The notes: generated by a model from the letters alone, not told the origin. A stretch of DNA of 64,000 nt from Squalus acanthias (GCA_030390025.1 CM059432.1:37574001-37638000); one strand, 5' to 3'; positions 38,415 to 51,982 are shown, numbered from the stretch's first letter. Numbers and translations: made by a program.

Positions 38415-38796
38415 GTGATGTGGAGATGCCGGTGTTGGACTGGGGTGGACAAATGTGAGAAGTCGCACAACACCAGGTTATAGTCCAACAGTTTTATTTG
38501 AAATCACAAGCTTTCGGAGCGCTGCTCCTTCGTCAGGTGAAGTGAAGAAATGCATATGGGCACAGCATATATAGTCAGAGAACACTGCCAGACGATTACA
38601 GTTAATCTTTCTAACTGCCCTTTATGTAATAAAGGGCAGTTAGAAAGATTAACTGTAGTCGTCTGGCAGTGTTCTCTGACTATATATGCTGTGCCCATAT
38701 GCATTTCTTCACTTCACCTGACGAAGGAGCAGCGCTCCGAAAGCTTGTGATTTCAAATAAAACTGTTGGACTATAACCTGGTGTTGTGCGACTTCT
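38415..38796. mobile_element. Penelope-type inverted pseudo-LTR insertion forming a 169-bp-arm palindrome
   Basis: Arms at 38457-38625 and 38629-38797 with one mismatch; 13-bp TSD ctcatttaaatac. Confidence 0.9.
38714..38750 (+). ncRNA. Minimal hammerhead ribozyme (mirror copy on the minus strand at 38504-38540)
   Basis: tcac-CTGACGA-a-ggagc-agc-gctcc-GAAA-gctt-gtga; palindromic aagctt stem III. Confidence 0.8.
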
Positions 38797-39124
38797 CTCA
38801 TTTAAATACAGCTGCCCATTTTAGGTTGAAAGTTTCTGTTGAAAAAACACATCAGAAAATAGCGTGGGCAGTACAGTCGGGAAAGGATTTGGAGTAGTAG
38901 ATTTGCATTCCATTTCATACCACTGTCTGCCCTACAATCAGGTGGTGTACATAGGAAGATCAATACTGCAGCTTGCTTTTTTTAAGCAATGTATATGTTT
39001 TTGGTGCATATCAACTCCTCAGACATATGAAAATCTCACACCTAGAATTTGCCCAATGTTGACAGGTCTGCCTACCAGGCATTCTCTCCCTGTTAAGGGC
39101 TAAGTGCTTTTAGTTACTCCGTTA

Positions 39125-39314
39125 AGGGGTCATTTTAACTTTGGGTGGTGGTGTAAAATGGGCGATATCGAAATGGCTGCCCATTATACACCACACCTGA
39201 TTTTCCCTTCCTATGGGGATGGGGGGGGGGGGGGGGGGGGAGTGAGGGTGTATAAGAGGCAGCTGATTTGCTATCACCTGTTTTATACTATTGCCCAAAG
39301 TTAAAATTACCTCC
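39125..39314. mobile_element. Short MITE (Harbinger-like)
   Basis: ~20-bp TIRs ggggtcattttaactttggg / cccaaagttaaaattacctc. Confidence 0.65.
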
Positions 39315-40241
39315 TAGATGGTAGAAGATACAATCAGTTATAGAATAGAATCAGAGAATCATCCTACGAAACACCAGCAGAGGACTCTGCAAGACGAGCC
39401 ATTGAAGAGTGCAAAGTGAGTCTGGCAATTGGCTAATTCTAGGAGCACAAAATGTAGCATTATATTTAACAATATAATGGCTTTCCACACTGGCAACTTG
39501 TTTTTAGTTATAAAGTGATACTTTTCTCATTCATTGCAGCTATAAACAGAGTTATTGAAACCTTCCCCAAACTACTTGATTGTAATAAATCATCAAATAA
39601 ATGAAAGGAGCACAATTATTGGTAAAACACATGTTTAACCAAAAATGTTTGAATTTTTTTTTATTGAGGATGTAGACCTAGAAGTGTAGACAGACATCTG
39701 GTTGTTGATGCATGCCACTTGAGAGCAAAAAGGACTTCAATTAGCTTTTGAAAAATGATTCTGTTGTACTGACCTACTCTTTCGCACTGCATCTCAGCAG
39801 AATCCTGCCTGGCACCAGTGATAATAGCAAGTTTACACATTAACTCACCACAGTTAAATACTTGCAGGGCTATCTTCAAGGCACATAGGCTAGCGACAGA
39901 TCTCCTTCAGTCTTATAACCAGGAAGTTTACAAGAGGTCCAGACACATGATTCAAAGAGACACAAAAACAAATGAAAATGCTAGAAATACAGTTTACTGC
40001 TGTACTTCTTGTGCAATAGAAAAAAAAGCACATAAAACTATTGAGTATACACTAAAATTAAACTTTGGATCGTTAGTGAAGGAAAGAAAGAATTTGCATT
40101 TAAGTAGCACCTTTCACAACCCCATGAAGTCCCAAAGCGTTTTACAGTCAATGAAGTAATACTTTGAAGTGCAGTCATTGTTGGCTCTCATAATACATCT
40201 CCCATTTCTTTCAGCACTTTGGAACAAATGTTATCCTTGAG

Positions 40242-40445
40242 ATAAAAACAGAAAATGCTGGAGATACTCAGCAGGTCAGGCAGCATCTGTGAAGAGAGAA
40301 ACAGAGTTAAGGTTTCAGGTCGATTACCTTTCGTTAGAACTGGAAAAAAGAAGGAAATGGAACAGATTTTTAAGCAAGTGTAGGGGCTGGGAAAGCGGGG
40401 AAGGGATGAAAGAACGAAAGGGAAGGTCTGTGATAGGATAGAAGG
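40242..40445 (-). mobile_element. Penelope-like terminal fragment with a decayed hammerhead
   Basis: Reverse-complement homolog of 3932-4102 plus 5767-5793. Confidence 0.7.
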
Positions 40446-41659
40446 CTTGAGAGCCTTAATCCTTGAGAGCCTTAATCCTAGCCAAGAACTTTTCTGCATA
40501 ACTTCTATGCAATCAATTTTGGGATTATCCCTATCGGCAGCACTGGCACCTTAGCATCATCATCAAGAGTCAAATCAGATGCAAACCATTTTGCACTTCA
40601 GCCATATCTTTATCATCAATTCTAATCTGTCCTGTTGAATTTCTCAAAGGCCTAGTCCTTATCCACTTTCTGTCCTGACTAAAAAACCTTACCATCACTA
40701 TTCACAATCCTTTTTTATTCTGATGTTCTTTTGGCCTTGCCAGTCGTGGCTTTAGTTAACTTCAAATGTATCCAATATGATATCCTTACTCTCTTGATAG
40801 TTACGCCAGGAATTTCCTCAATGCTTCTCCTGCTCCCCCGGTGTAACTTACGGCGGCAGAGCAGGAGAAGGCCTCAGGAAATTCCCAGTGTTATTCCATT
40901 TATACCTGGTGTAATATTTCTTTTTGAATTTAATTTTCTACAAGCAATTCTATATAGACATTTGGGTTTCATTTTTCCACGTTCTCTTTTTTTTATTCAA
41001 GGAACGTGCACAATTTCACTGCATAGATATGAATGAACTGTATCATAGTCCAGGAGCATCACCCAAACAACCAGTCCCAAATCTACCCTCATTCTTGAAA
41101 ATTGAGCCTGGAACCAACATCTGGAGCTGTAATTTTCCTAACAGACTGAAATCTGATGATAAAATCATCACTATTTCTCAGATACTCCCCCACATGGAGA
41201 TCAGTTTTTCATGCCAGGGTCATTCTAAGGACTAAATCTAATATATTATTTTCCCCAAACGGCTAAGTAATGAAGAAAATGAGGTCCCAAGAACTGTGAT
41301 GAGGCTCTTCCCACATCATGAGCTTCACCCATAAAAAGTGGGTGCAGCGGGCTGGGAGGCCCCTTAAAACCAGAAGGTAGGCTTTTGATGCAGCTAATTT
41401 TTTTGTTCTTAATTTTTATTCTCTCTTGTTGCATTTTGCTGCGTGCATTAGTTTTCATTCCATTTTTTAGATTTTTGAGTTGTTTTTCCTTGCCAATACT
41501 TTTCTTCATTATTCTTGGTTGTTGCTAGCATTCAAATTGTACTGCACAATGTGCTAAGAATGGGTTTTCCTTTAGGGGCTCTGAATGCATTGCAATATTG
41601 AGATGAGATGAGTTGAGAGGAATCGCTGAAGTGCCAAAAAATGTAAGCTTTAGCTACCT

Positions 41660-42330
41660 TCATCGCTATCCTGTGACCTATACCTGGACATGTCTGATGA
41701 GAGCTATCTTTACCGCCCACACTTCACAAAACAGGATGTTACAGAGTTGTGCTATCTGCTGCACAATGACCTGCACACATCTCTCTCATAGAAGTGAAGG
41801 TCAACATTGCATGAAGCTTTCATCCTTCCAAACCACCTCAGAAGACATCTGCCACATCAGGCAGTCTGCAGTGCATACGTATCAAGCAAGTTACAACCAC
41901 AATGTTTGCGAAGGGGCAACTCTTTCATCCCTTTTCCTGTGGAAAGGGGGCATTAGATGGACAGGATGCACAACTTTCACTTGATGGCATGGTTTCCTCT
42001 AGTGCAAAGAGTTGTATGTATGGGCATCAGAGCTCTTCATATCAGCTCCATGACCTTCCTGAATAGAGATTGCACTGCTTGCACTCATTTAATGTTCAGT
42101 TGGTATCTGACCACAGAAACATCACAATATATGAGTTACTGTTAGCCAGGATGTAGCCATGGTGCCTTCAATGTGTCAGTCCATGAATAAGCTGCCTTAT
42201 TCAAAGAAGAAACCCTGAGTGGATGGTCCTTGGGAAAATGGGGCTGTCCTCTGGATCCATGGCTGCTGACCCCACTGAGAAGCCCCATAATGGTAGAGAA
42301 GCACCTTATCCTGATCACTTCAGCATCTGT
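41660..42330 (+). pseudogene. Highly decayed Harbinger transposase
   Basis: Remnants YLDMSDE, SFQTTSEDICHI.QSAVH, PGCSH.AF and GW.LG..G.PL.PWLLTPLRSP. Confidence 0.6.
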
Positions 42331-42392
42331 TGGCTGATTCCTTGACTGCCACCTCCACCTCCAATAATACTGTGCCATAGCTTAGTCACAAT

Positions 42393-44379
42393 GGCTGCGA
42401 TTTCCCCTACCTCAGCGGGTCCGGGGCGGGCGACGTCATTGCCGGGTCCTGTGTACAATGATTTTATGTTGATTGGGCTTGTTAAGCCTGCCCAGCGCGT
42501 TTGCTGGCCAACTGAAGGAAGCAGGTCTGATGACATCATTTGATGGCTATGATAAATTGACCCTTAGTGTTAGGGGGGGATTAAATATGTGGGGTTATGG
42601 GGATAGGATGGGATATGTTAGGGGGAATTAAATATGTGGGGTTACGGGGGTAGGGTGGGATATGTGTACTGTGGGGATTAAAGCAGGGACAGGGTACTGG
42701 ATTTGGATGATCAGCCATGATCGTACTGAATGGTGGAGCAGGCTCGACGGGCCGAATGGCCTACTCCTGCTCCTAGATTCTATGTTTCTATGTTTCTATG
42801 ATCAGCCGGTTTCCTTAAAGGGACCATGCGTAAATTTATTTTGACATTTGTGCTGTCAGTGTTCTACAGCATTGAGGTGCTGCAAACACTGACAAGCGCT
42901 GCACAGAGGTGCACGGCTGTACCCAGGCTCTCCCATGACTCCCTCCATATGCTCACAGCACGCAGGGAGGTTCTCTTCCCTTCCAATGGGCAGAAGAGAC
43001 CTCGCCAGGAGACCAACGCAGCCTGGTTGCACATTGCACAGGAGGACACAAGCAGGGATGTCGTCAGGAGGACCAGGCTGCAGTGGCACAAACCTTTCAA
43101 TGATCTCAGTAGATCATGAAACGTTACTGCAAAGCCACACTCAGCCTCATCCTGCTGTGCCACTCATCACATCCCCATCACTCTGCCTTCCCTACCCTCC
43201 TCCTGCACATCCTTACTCACACCAACTTACCTTGTACCTCCACCTATCACTATCTATATTATCACTTCCCCATCTCACTAGCCACCCCTCACACTCACCC
43301 TCATCCTAGTCCAATCATACCAACTAACAACACACAAGGGTAGCCACTTGGGTGTTTTATGAAATGTTCATGTAAACTTTCTGTTAATGTGGTGTCAAAC
43401 ATTGAAACCTTTATTTTCAACACTTTGTGTTCTTGGACAGATTTGTGTGCACCTTTGGAAGTGGCTTAGTGAGTTGCAGTGAATGGTGAGACATAACGGT
43501 CCCCCGCCGGAATGGTCATGAGTGTGAAAGGAATGGCTTGGGCATTGTAGGGATGCTTTATGGTGTTGGTGTGGGGTGGTGTCAACCTGGCGCATCATGT
43601 GGCAGCCAGGGTGTACAGCGTCAAGTGAAGTGAATCTGGCCATGGTGAGGCCATCCCATGCGTCCTGAGCAGCAATGTGCTCAGGTGCTGGTGCCCTGTG
43701 TCCTGTGCAGCATCAGTTGATTGCAGAGAAGGTTGGTGTTTTTGTTGCTGCTGATGTGCCTGGTGCTGCTGGTGTTGGGGCTGATTGTGGTGGGATTCTG
43801 AGGACCAAGGTGAAATAGTTTCAAGGGCACCGATGCTGATGTAAGTGATGCAGGTGAACTTGAGATGACAGAAGCAATCTGTCAATGGTGAGAGAGGTTG
43901 TTCCAATGAGGTGACACTGGATGGAGAGTTTGCTCCAAACACATGCAACCTGCATAAAGCTCAAACTGTCTTTCAAATGCAGTAAGCAACAGCTTCTGAG
44001 CTTGGAAAGTGAAGAGCTGTGAGATGGGAGCTTTTATAGCACATTTGCATCTGTCAAGTAATGAGATGATTCCATGGTAACACAACTCCCGAACTGCTTA
44101 CCTGACGAGATCCCCGAGCAGCGTGGACCCCGTGGGCGACCTCGTAAAATGTAAAGGTGAGCTCAAAATACTTTTTAATGGGCTGTTAACAAGGTCTTAA
44201 TGACCTGAATTGCCTCCCCCACCGCTGCGTGTTGGGTCTGTTCAGCCCTGATAGACCCGACATCTGGGAAAGTCATGTGGCGGCAGGTTGACAGCAGGGG
44301 TCCTGACCAGTTGTCAACATTTTTTTCCCACCCGACCGGCCACTGAACACGCCTGCAGACCCCCAGAAAAATTCCCCCT
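42393..44379. mobile_element. Internally deleted Harbinger (Myb exon remnant 42880-43117) with a CR1-tailed SINE fragment at ~42545-42798
   Basis: RREVLFPSNG.KRP...W..IAQE...W..PFNDL; weak TIRs; the left end resembles 63820-64000. Confidence 0.6.
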
Positions 44380-45662
44380 AATGAGTATATGCAAAGGGTA
44401 ATGGTTGTGTACAATGCCTGAAATGGTACCTGCTAGAGGGTGCAGAAGTTCCCAGCTTAGATTTGTGGTGTGTTTTCTCACAAGAAATGCGTGCAAAAGT
44501 GCAAAGCACACTGATTTACATTTTCCCCTGATACCAGCAAATGTCTTCCTTATTTTGAGCCAGGTTTGAAGCAGCTGGGTGACTGCACTGATTCAGTCAG
44601 AAACCTCTCTCCATGCAGTTGGCACTTGTGCTATTATTGGAGTGTGGCCTTCATCTCCAAATAGGGCCACCCTCTCCTTTGGTGTATCACCTGTACTAGA
44701 ACCTCCAGCTCTTCAGAATTCCACAGCAACTTCTCCTTTTATGGCAAGCTGCAGCCTTGCTGGATTTTGCTAAAGTGTGCCTCGGGCCAAGCTCTCTGGG
44801 CAAACCATTCCTGTGCCTGCAGCCTATTGAAATAAGGGGCAGGTCTTATACTTCAATATTCATTATAACCCACCTCCCGCGCTATCTTCTGGTGTGAGTC
44901 TGCCATGGATGTACAGTGTAAACAGCCCCATTTTTCAGAGATGGCAAAATTGGTGTTATCATCTTTATTTCAGTAAATTTACAGATGGAAGTTTTGTCAA
45001 AATGCAGTGATTTATTTTTAACAATGTTTGTTCCCAATTCTCACCACTCCTCTCCTGAAGGCAATCAATTCTAGGATATGGCTCCACAGCCAGTAGCAGA
45101 TCTCCAATACCTCTTTGTCTGTATATGTTTGAGTAAAGATAGTGGGCTGGATTTTCATAGGGCCATTGAGGCAGGATTGGAGGCGTGTGGGGGGTTAAAA
45201 TTGCAGAAACTGGCGGGCGGGCCCGATCCCGCCTCCACGCAATTTTGATGAAATTGTGTCTACTGGTCCCGTCTCCGTCCTGCCTCCAAGAGGCGGGAGA
45301 GGCCATTAATACCCTTAACAAGCCCTAAATTGGCTCTGTAATGCCATTTTGATAGTTATTTGCTAGTTTAACCCTTTTCCCACGTGAAGCACGCCTGATC
45401 TGAAACACGCCAGTGAAACCTGGTGGGAGCACAAGTGGATTGCTGACTATCAGCTGCAGCTCAACCATTAAATAGGAGATTTGATCAGCCATCATTTGCA
45501 GATGGCAGAACTTTGTTGTCATAGGTCTGGGGGAACTTTTAGAAGGCATAACCACAGCTCTGGAAGTTTGGAGCCTGACACCCATCTCCAGTGTGACCTC
45601 CTGGGAAACCCCTCTCGCCACCCTCATTGAGCGCTTCCTGAACTGAGGCATATACCAGAGGA

Positions 45663-46904
45663 ATGGGAGCCATTTATTTCCTTCCCTCCTGGGCATCAGA
45701 TGAGGACGAACACCAGCCGTGGCACCAGCAGAACCATGAACAACAGCAGCACCAACAGCAGGAGCGCCAAGCTGCTGCTCACCCACCTGAAGCTGCACAG
45801 GCCAGAAGGGGCCAGTGCATGGAAGGCCGTCGGCGCAGGTGATACCCCCCAAACAAGGTCTACAGACACAGGGTCAGCTACCTCAACATGTCTGAGCAGC
45901 AGTGCCAAAGGCGGCTCCGACTTTTGCGAGAGGTAGTGGGTGACATCTGCGCAATGCTGCAACAAGACCTGGAGCCCAGAGGACCAGGTGGACACCCCTT
46001 ACCAGTGGCCGTCAAAGTCACCACCGCACTCAACTTTTTTGCTTCAGGCTCATTCCAGGGATCAGCAGCAGACATCAGCGGCATCTCCCAGGCGGCCGCA
46101 CACACCTGCATCACGCAGGTAACCGATGCCCTCTTTGCCATCGCGCACAATCACATCCATTTCACCAAGGATCGAGCAAGTGTCACGGCGCGTGTGGTTG
46201 GATTAGCTAATCTGGCAGGCTTTCCAAGGGTGCAGGGCGTCGTTGACTGCACACATGTGGCCCTTAAGGCACCCCATCGCAATCCAGGTATTTTTGTCAA
46301 CCGCAAGGGCTTCCACTCCCTCAACGTTCAGCTGGTGTATGACCACAAGAAGGAAGTTTTGCATGTTTGTGCCAAGTACCCTGGCAGTTGCCATGACTCC
46401 TTCATACTGCACCAGTCTAGTGTGCCTCCGCTATTCAGTCCGCCAGACCAACTTAACGGATACCTACTTGGAGAGGGCTATCCCCTGAAGACGTGGCTAA
46501 TGACGCCGTTGAGGAGCCCATCCAACGCAGCTGAGGAGAGCTACAACTCCAGCCACATTTCCACCAGAGCCATAGTCGAGCAAAACATCGGTCTGCTGAA
46601 GATGCGCTTCAGATACCTGGATGGATCAGGTGGAGCCCTGCAATACTCAGCAGCCAGGGTCTCCAGAATCGTCGTGGTTTGCTGTGCACTTCACAACATG
46701 GCACAGCGTCGTGGCTTGCAGATGCCGGAGGACCAAGTGGCTGCTCACATATCCTCCTCAGATGAGGAGGAGGAGGAGGTGGAGGAGGAGGAGGAGAGAG
46801 AGAACGAACATCTTGCAGAGGCCCATCAACCAGCGGCAGCATTACGCGAGACCATAGCTGCCCGGAATGCAAGGAACGCACTCATCTTGGCCAGATTTAC
46901 TTAG
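45663..46904 (+). pseudogene. Harbinger transposase, nearly intact (TGA at 45840-45842; 3-nt deletion at the second catalytic Asp)
   Basis: One frame from ATG 45663 through ORF 45888-46904; GVVDCTH and VEQNIG are intact; LLGEGYP replaces LLGDKGYP. Confidence 0.88.
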
Positions 46905-46906
46905 CC

Positions 46907-47996
46907 TAGAACATATAGAACATAGAACAGTACAGCACAGTACAGGCCCTTCGGCCCTCGATGTTGTGCCGAGCATTGTTCGAGACCAAGATCAAGCTAT
47001 CACACTCCCTATCACTCTGGTGTGCTCCATGTGCTTATCCAATAACCGCTTGAAAGTTCCTAAAGTGTCCGACTCCACTATCACAGCAGGCAGTCCATTC
47101 CACACCCCAACCACTCTCTGAGTAAAGAATCTACCTCGGACATCCCTTCTATATCTCCCCCCATGCACCTTATAGTTATGCCCCCTTGTAACAGCTGCCT
47201 CTACCCGAGGAAATAGTCTCTGAACATCCACTCTATCTATCCCCCTCATCATCTTATAAACCTCTATTAAGTCGCCTCTCATCCTCCTCTGCTCTAAAGA
47301 GAAAAGCCCCAACTCCCTCAATCTTTCCTCATAAGACCTCCCCCCCAAACCAGGCAGCATCCTGGTAAATCTCCTTTGCACTCTTTCCAATGCTTCCACG
47401 TCCTTCCTATAGTGAGGTGACCAGAACTGCACACAATATTCCAAATGTGGTCTCACCAAGGTCCTGTACAGTTGCAGCATAACCTCACGGTTCTTAAACT
47501 CAAACCCTCTGTTAATAAACGCCAACACACCATAGGCCTTCTTTACTGCTCTATCCACTTGAGTGGCAACCTTCAGAGATCTGTGGATATGAACCCCCAG
47601 ATCCCTCTGCTCCTCCACGTTCCTCAGAACCCTGCCGTTGACCCTGTAATCCTTATTCAAATTTGCCCTACCAAAATGAATCACCTCGCACTTATCAGGG
47701 TTAAATTCCATCTGCCATTTTTCGGCCCAGCTCTGCATCCTATCAATGTCTCTTTGCAGCCTACAACAGCCCTCCACCTCATCCACTGCTCCACCAATCT
47801 TGGTGTCATCAGCAAATTTACTGATCCACCCTTCAGTCCCCTCCTCCAAGTCATTGATAAAAATCACAAACAGCAGAGGACCCAGCACCGACCCCTGTGG
47901 CACACCGCTGGTAACTGGTCTCCAGTCCGAAAATGTTCCATCCACCACCACCCTCTGCCTTCTATGAGATAGCCAGTTACTTATCCAATCGGCCAA
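46907..47996 (-). mobile_element. Young 5'-truncated CR1 LINE
   Basis: Uninterrupted RT frame (PQGSVLGP, KFADD, RPHLEYC); (catagaa)n tail; acttag on both flanks, at the transposase stop codon. Confidence 0.92.
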
Positions 47997-48254
47997 ACTT
48001 AGACAATCAAGTACTTTTGCCTCGCAGCTTCTTACCAGAGCTACGACAATGGCCCAGACCCAGCGGATCCCTAACAATTTGATCACCATACTGACAATTG
48101 CAAGTTATCCTAAGGCCTCATTGTGGAAGTCCCATTAGCGAAATGACAGACGCCACAACTGCAGCTGTAGTCATCAGAGTTTTTATTTACACTTAACATC
48201 TGATGGCTTTTTTACATTAAACATCAAATTTCACCCAAGTGACTACCCTTGTGA

Positions 48255-50167
48255 CTATTTGTGCAGTATCTTTCTCTTACGCATGCTCCTACGTGGTGCT
48301 TCCCCTGTGGCTTCAGCAGAGGTGGAGGCCCCCTGCTCAGTTTGTTGCTGCTCCTGTCTCGACATCTTTGGCGGGCGTCCTCTGGGGTTGCGAACCTGCG
48401 AAGGCTCGGCAACAGTCTGCTGCTCCTGCGGCTGGCCAGGGGTTGAGACACCGATCTCAGTTGGGTGCGGACTCTGACCGAGGACTTGTCAGTGGCATGG
48501 AAGTGTGAGCGCTTGGAGAGGAGCCCCCACCTCCTTGTTGTCTGCCACCAACATCCCTCTCATGGGTCAGGTCCACCTCAGCGCTTGCAAGTGGATTGAG
48601 AGCACCTTGCTGCACATCAGGGGGGCCATGGGGACCCGTATCTGCACTGGCAGTACTACTCAGAAGGACTTCCATGAAGGTCTGGTTTCTCTGTTCAATA
48701 GATGTCCATCGCTCCTCCAGAGATGTCATTCTATTCAGAACAATGACCATGTTTTCTGCACTCTGGCGACTTATCACCTCCATGGAGGTTGCCATCCTTT
48801 CCATGGTGATGCGTTCATGCGCCAATGACTCCACAAAGGCTCTGCTCATGTTCGCTATGGACTCCTCCATTCGCTCCACACTCGCAGCGACCCTGGAGAC
48901 AAAACCTGTCAGAGACTCCTGCATCTGTTCCTGGAGTTCCAGCACCGCTGATCTTATGGATGGCCCCAGAGGCAGAGGGTCGACATGCAGCTGAGCCGAG
49001 CTAGGAGAGTCCTGCGCCCTCCGACTAGGACTCTCCACTGCTGTCCCTGTCTCCACCATCTGCTGATGCTCACTTGTGAGCTGTGATACACCAGGTGACA
49101 ACACTACTCTATGTCCCGAGGGTCCCACCGAGGTGTGAGTCTCTGCGCTGGTGCTGGGTGGGCTGAATTCTGCTGACGCTGCGCCCTCAGAGGTTGCAGG
49201 TTCCTCTGAGGAGTCTGGATGCTCAGGCTCTTCCTCCTGGTTAGTGGGGACGGGTGCTTGCGATGGTCCTGTGGGGGAGTAAAGGAAAGAGTCAGAGATG
49301 TGATGCCAAGGTTACATGCACATTGCATATTGCAGATGATCATAAATCCATCTGTTAGAGCTTCATATTAATTATCAGTGACTCATGCAATGTCAATGAG
49401 AGAGATGGAACACTATTCTGTCACTAGCTTGCTGAGATGCACCCGTCTGTCCGTCCCCCACTTGTGTATCGTCCTCCACTCCCACGATCTCCAGGACCGC
49501 ATCCTCCCAGGGGGTGAGCTGGGCTAATGAAGGTGGCCCTCCTCCTGTCCTGGCTCGTTCCCTTTTATTGTGAGCTCTCTTTTCCTGCAATGAGGGAGAC
49601 AAGTGGCGTTTGAGTGAGGTTGAAGGAGTGAGTGTAGAGAATCCATAGCATAGATGCTTAGAAGGAGACAAAGATGGAGTGAGGTGGCAAGACCAAGGGC
49701 CCTCCCTGTGTGTTGTAAGTTGTTTTCATAGCATGACAGTGATAGGGAGTGTGAGGGCTGCATAGTCGAATAGTAAGGTGAATATGACCATAGAGGGAGA
49801 GGGAATGGGTAAGGGTGCATGGATGTCAGTGTCAAGTGGGATATGGAGGAAGAGGTTGCTAAAGCTGAGTGCTGGTGAGGAGAGGCAATGGGGATCAGAT
49901 TGAGGGTGAAGGGAAAGTCATACTCACTTTTGCAGTGCGTAGAAGGTCATGAAACCTCTTCCTGCACTGGAGCCAGGTTCTGTGGGTTATGGATAAAGAG
50001 TTGACCTCCTGGGCGACCTGGACCCACACAGCCTTGGTCTGCTGGGAAGGCTTCTTCCTCCCTGAGGAAGGGAAGAGCACCTCTCTGTTGGCTCTTGCTT
50101 CCTCCACTAAAGCTTGCAGGGCAACGTCATCGAACCTGGGAGCAGACCTGGGTCTTTGGCTGGCCAT
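48255..50167 (-). pseudogene. Harbinger Myb/SANT-like gene (exons ~50167-49928, 49584-~49430, 49268-48255)
   Basis: MASQRPRSAPRFDD...W.QVA...RTWLQCRKRFHDL; splice sites present; frameshift near 48460; exon-2 donor uncertain. Confidence 0.82.
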
Positions 50168-50846
50168 TCCTCCTGCAGTTGCCTCTAAGATACAGGTCCA
50201 AAAGCTTGGCAGTCTGCAGCAGAAGCAAGGCTTGTTGCAGACCTTAAATGCAGCAGCAATGATGACGTCATCGGAGGCGACTTTCAGACTGGAATAACTC
50301 ATTGGCCATGGGTTCCCACACGTTGGAACTCAATTGGCCAATTAAGTTAAAATCGCATCATTCTCCCACATCGATCTAGATTCGGGTGGGCAACACGAAA
50401 AGCGGGTAACACGACCCCAACCTGCCCCAGTATCAAAATCCAGCCCAGTGTCTTTCACCATAGACCCACGCACATCGCCTGATTTCTCCGAATTAGAACA
50501 TCCCAATCCATTGTGTTTTTCACATGACATCAATAGTAATAAATGTATCAAACAGCATTATGAAGAATTCAGGATCATTGATGTTCCCAATTTTTTTCCT
50601 TCTGAAGGAGATGGCTGAAGCTGGGTTACAGTTCCGCAGGTTACAGCAGCTCTCCTGTTTATCACCCAAATGGCCATTATTCATATGAGCTCAGCAGAAG
50701 GAAAAATGGGCAACACATGCACCCCATGAAAGGTGCTGCAATAGCTAAGGATAACGTTGTGAGAGACCTCGGAATCTTAGTCTCAAGACTTGTCCAACCA
50801 ACGCAGAGCAGCAATCAACAAAGCCAATGTTGAACTATAGATATCA

Positions 50847-51045
50847 TGATGTGGAGATGCCGGCGTTGGACTGGGGTGGACAAAAATCAGAAGTCGCACA
50901 ACACCAGGTTATAGTCCAACAGATTTATTTAATTTTACAAGCTTTCGGAGCTGTTCGCTCCTTCTTCAGGTAAGGTAGCTGTGAGAGAATCTCCCAGAAT
51001 TCACAAAATAAACACAGAAAAAATCTATTCAAATCTTTCCCTGAG
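50847..51045 (-). mobile_element. Penelope-type terminal fragment with hammerhead (50935-50973)
   Basis: On the minus strand: ttac-CTGAAGA-a-ggagc-gaaca-gctcc-GAAA-gctt-gtaa. Homologous to 53345-53496. Confidence 0.8.
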
Positions 51046-51079
51046 TTCTGTGTGCAGCTCTGGTCTCTGTGACCCCGAG

Positions 51080-51533
51080 GAAAGAAAGACTTGCATTTAT
51101 ATAGCGCCTTTCACGACCTCAGGACGTCCCAAAGCACTTTACAGCCAATGAAGCACTTTTGAAGTATAGTCACTGTTGGAATGTGGGAAACGTGGCAGCC
51201 AATTTGCGCACAGCAAGCTCCCACAAACAGCAGTGATAATGACCAGATAATCTGTTTTAGTGATGCTGATTGAGGGATAAATATTGGCCAGGACACCAGG
51301 GATAACTCCCCTGCTCTTCTTCGAAATAGTGCCATGGGATCTTTTACTTCCACCTGAGAGCAGACTTGGTTTAAAATCTCATCCGAAAGACCGTACCTCC
51401 GACCGTACAGCACTCCCTCAGTACTGCACTGGAGTGCCAGCTTGGATTTTTGTGCTCAAGTCTCTGGAGTGGGACTATGAGCCCACAACCTTCTGACTCA
51501 GAGCCGAGGGTGCTACCAACTCAGCCACGGCTG
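51080..51533 (-). mobile_element. Full-length Deu-domain SINE (SacSINE1-like)
   Basis: Reverse complement of the 10220 family, with head, core and tail. Confidence 0.85.
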
Positions 51534-51982
51534 AAGGAGGCATTCAAGAGTTGAAGGAAGTTCACAGATGAGTCACAAAATTGAGAAACACCATAACTTA
51601 CATTCATAGTGCCTTTAATGTAGAAAAACATGGAAAAGAAAAATGGGCTGTCAATTTGCTATCTGCCTGTTTTGCAATACTGGCGTTGACTAATTTCACT
51701 GACTTGGGCTTTTCTGCCTTGAAAGGAGGCCTCTAAGAGGTAATCTTATAGAGGTACATAAGATAGTAAATAGCATGGAAAAGTTATTGAGTGTCAGCAA
51801 GCTATTTGACTGGGTTAAGGGCATCCTGTCTTCACCTGGCACCCACATATTGCCAACAGGAGTCACTAAATAGTGATCATGTGTGCAAATCTGTCTGTTT
51901 CCACCCTCTCCAGAATGGGAATACAGCGGCTAATTGTAAAATCCCTTCACTGATCACCTGATATTAGGTTATAAAGCACAGA

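Larger units (their letters stand above)
45144..50446. mobile_element. PIF/Harbinger transposon C (full span)
   Basis: Perfect 12-bp TIR GGGCTGGATTTT; TSD agt (45141-45143, 50447-50449); transposase on +, Myb gene on -. Confidence 0.93.

Noticed and set aside
38504..38750. Two near-identical 66-aa ORFs on opposite strands
   Set aside because: A by-product of the palindrome.
45888..46904. 338-aa ORF as the domesticated host gene HARBI1
   Set aside because: It lies between TIRs with a TSD and a Myb partner, has an upstream nonsense codon, and has relatives elsewhere in the window, so it is a transposon copy.
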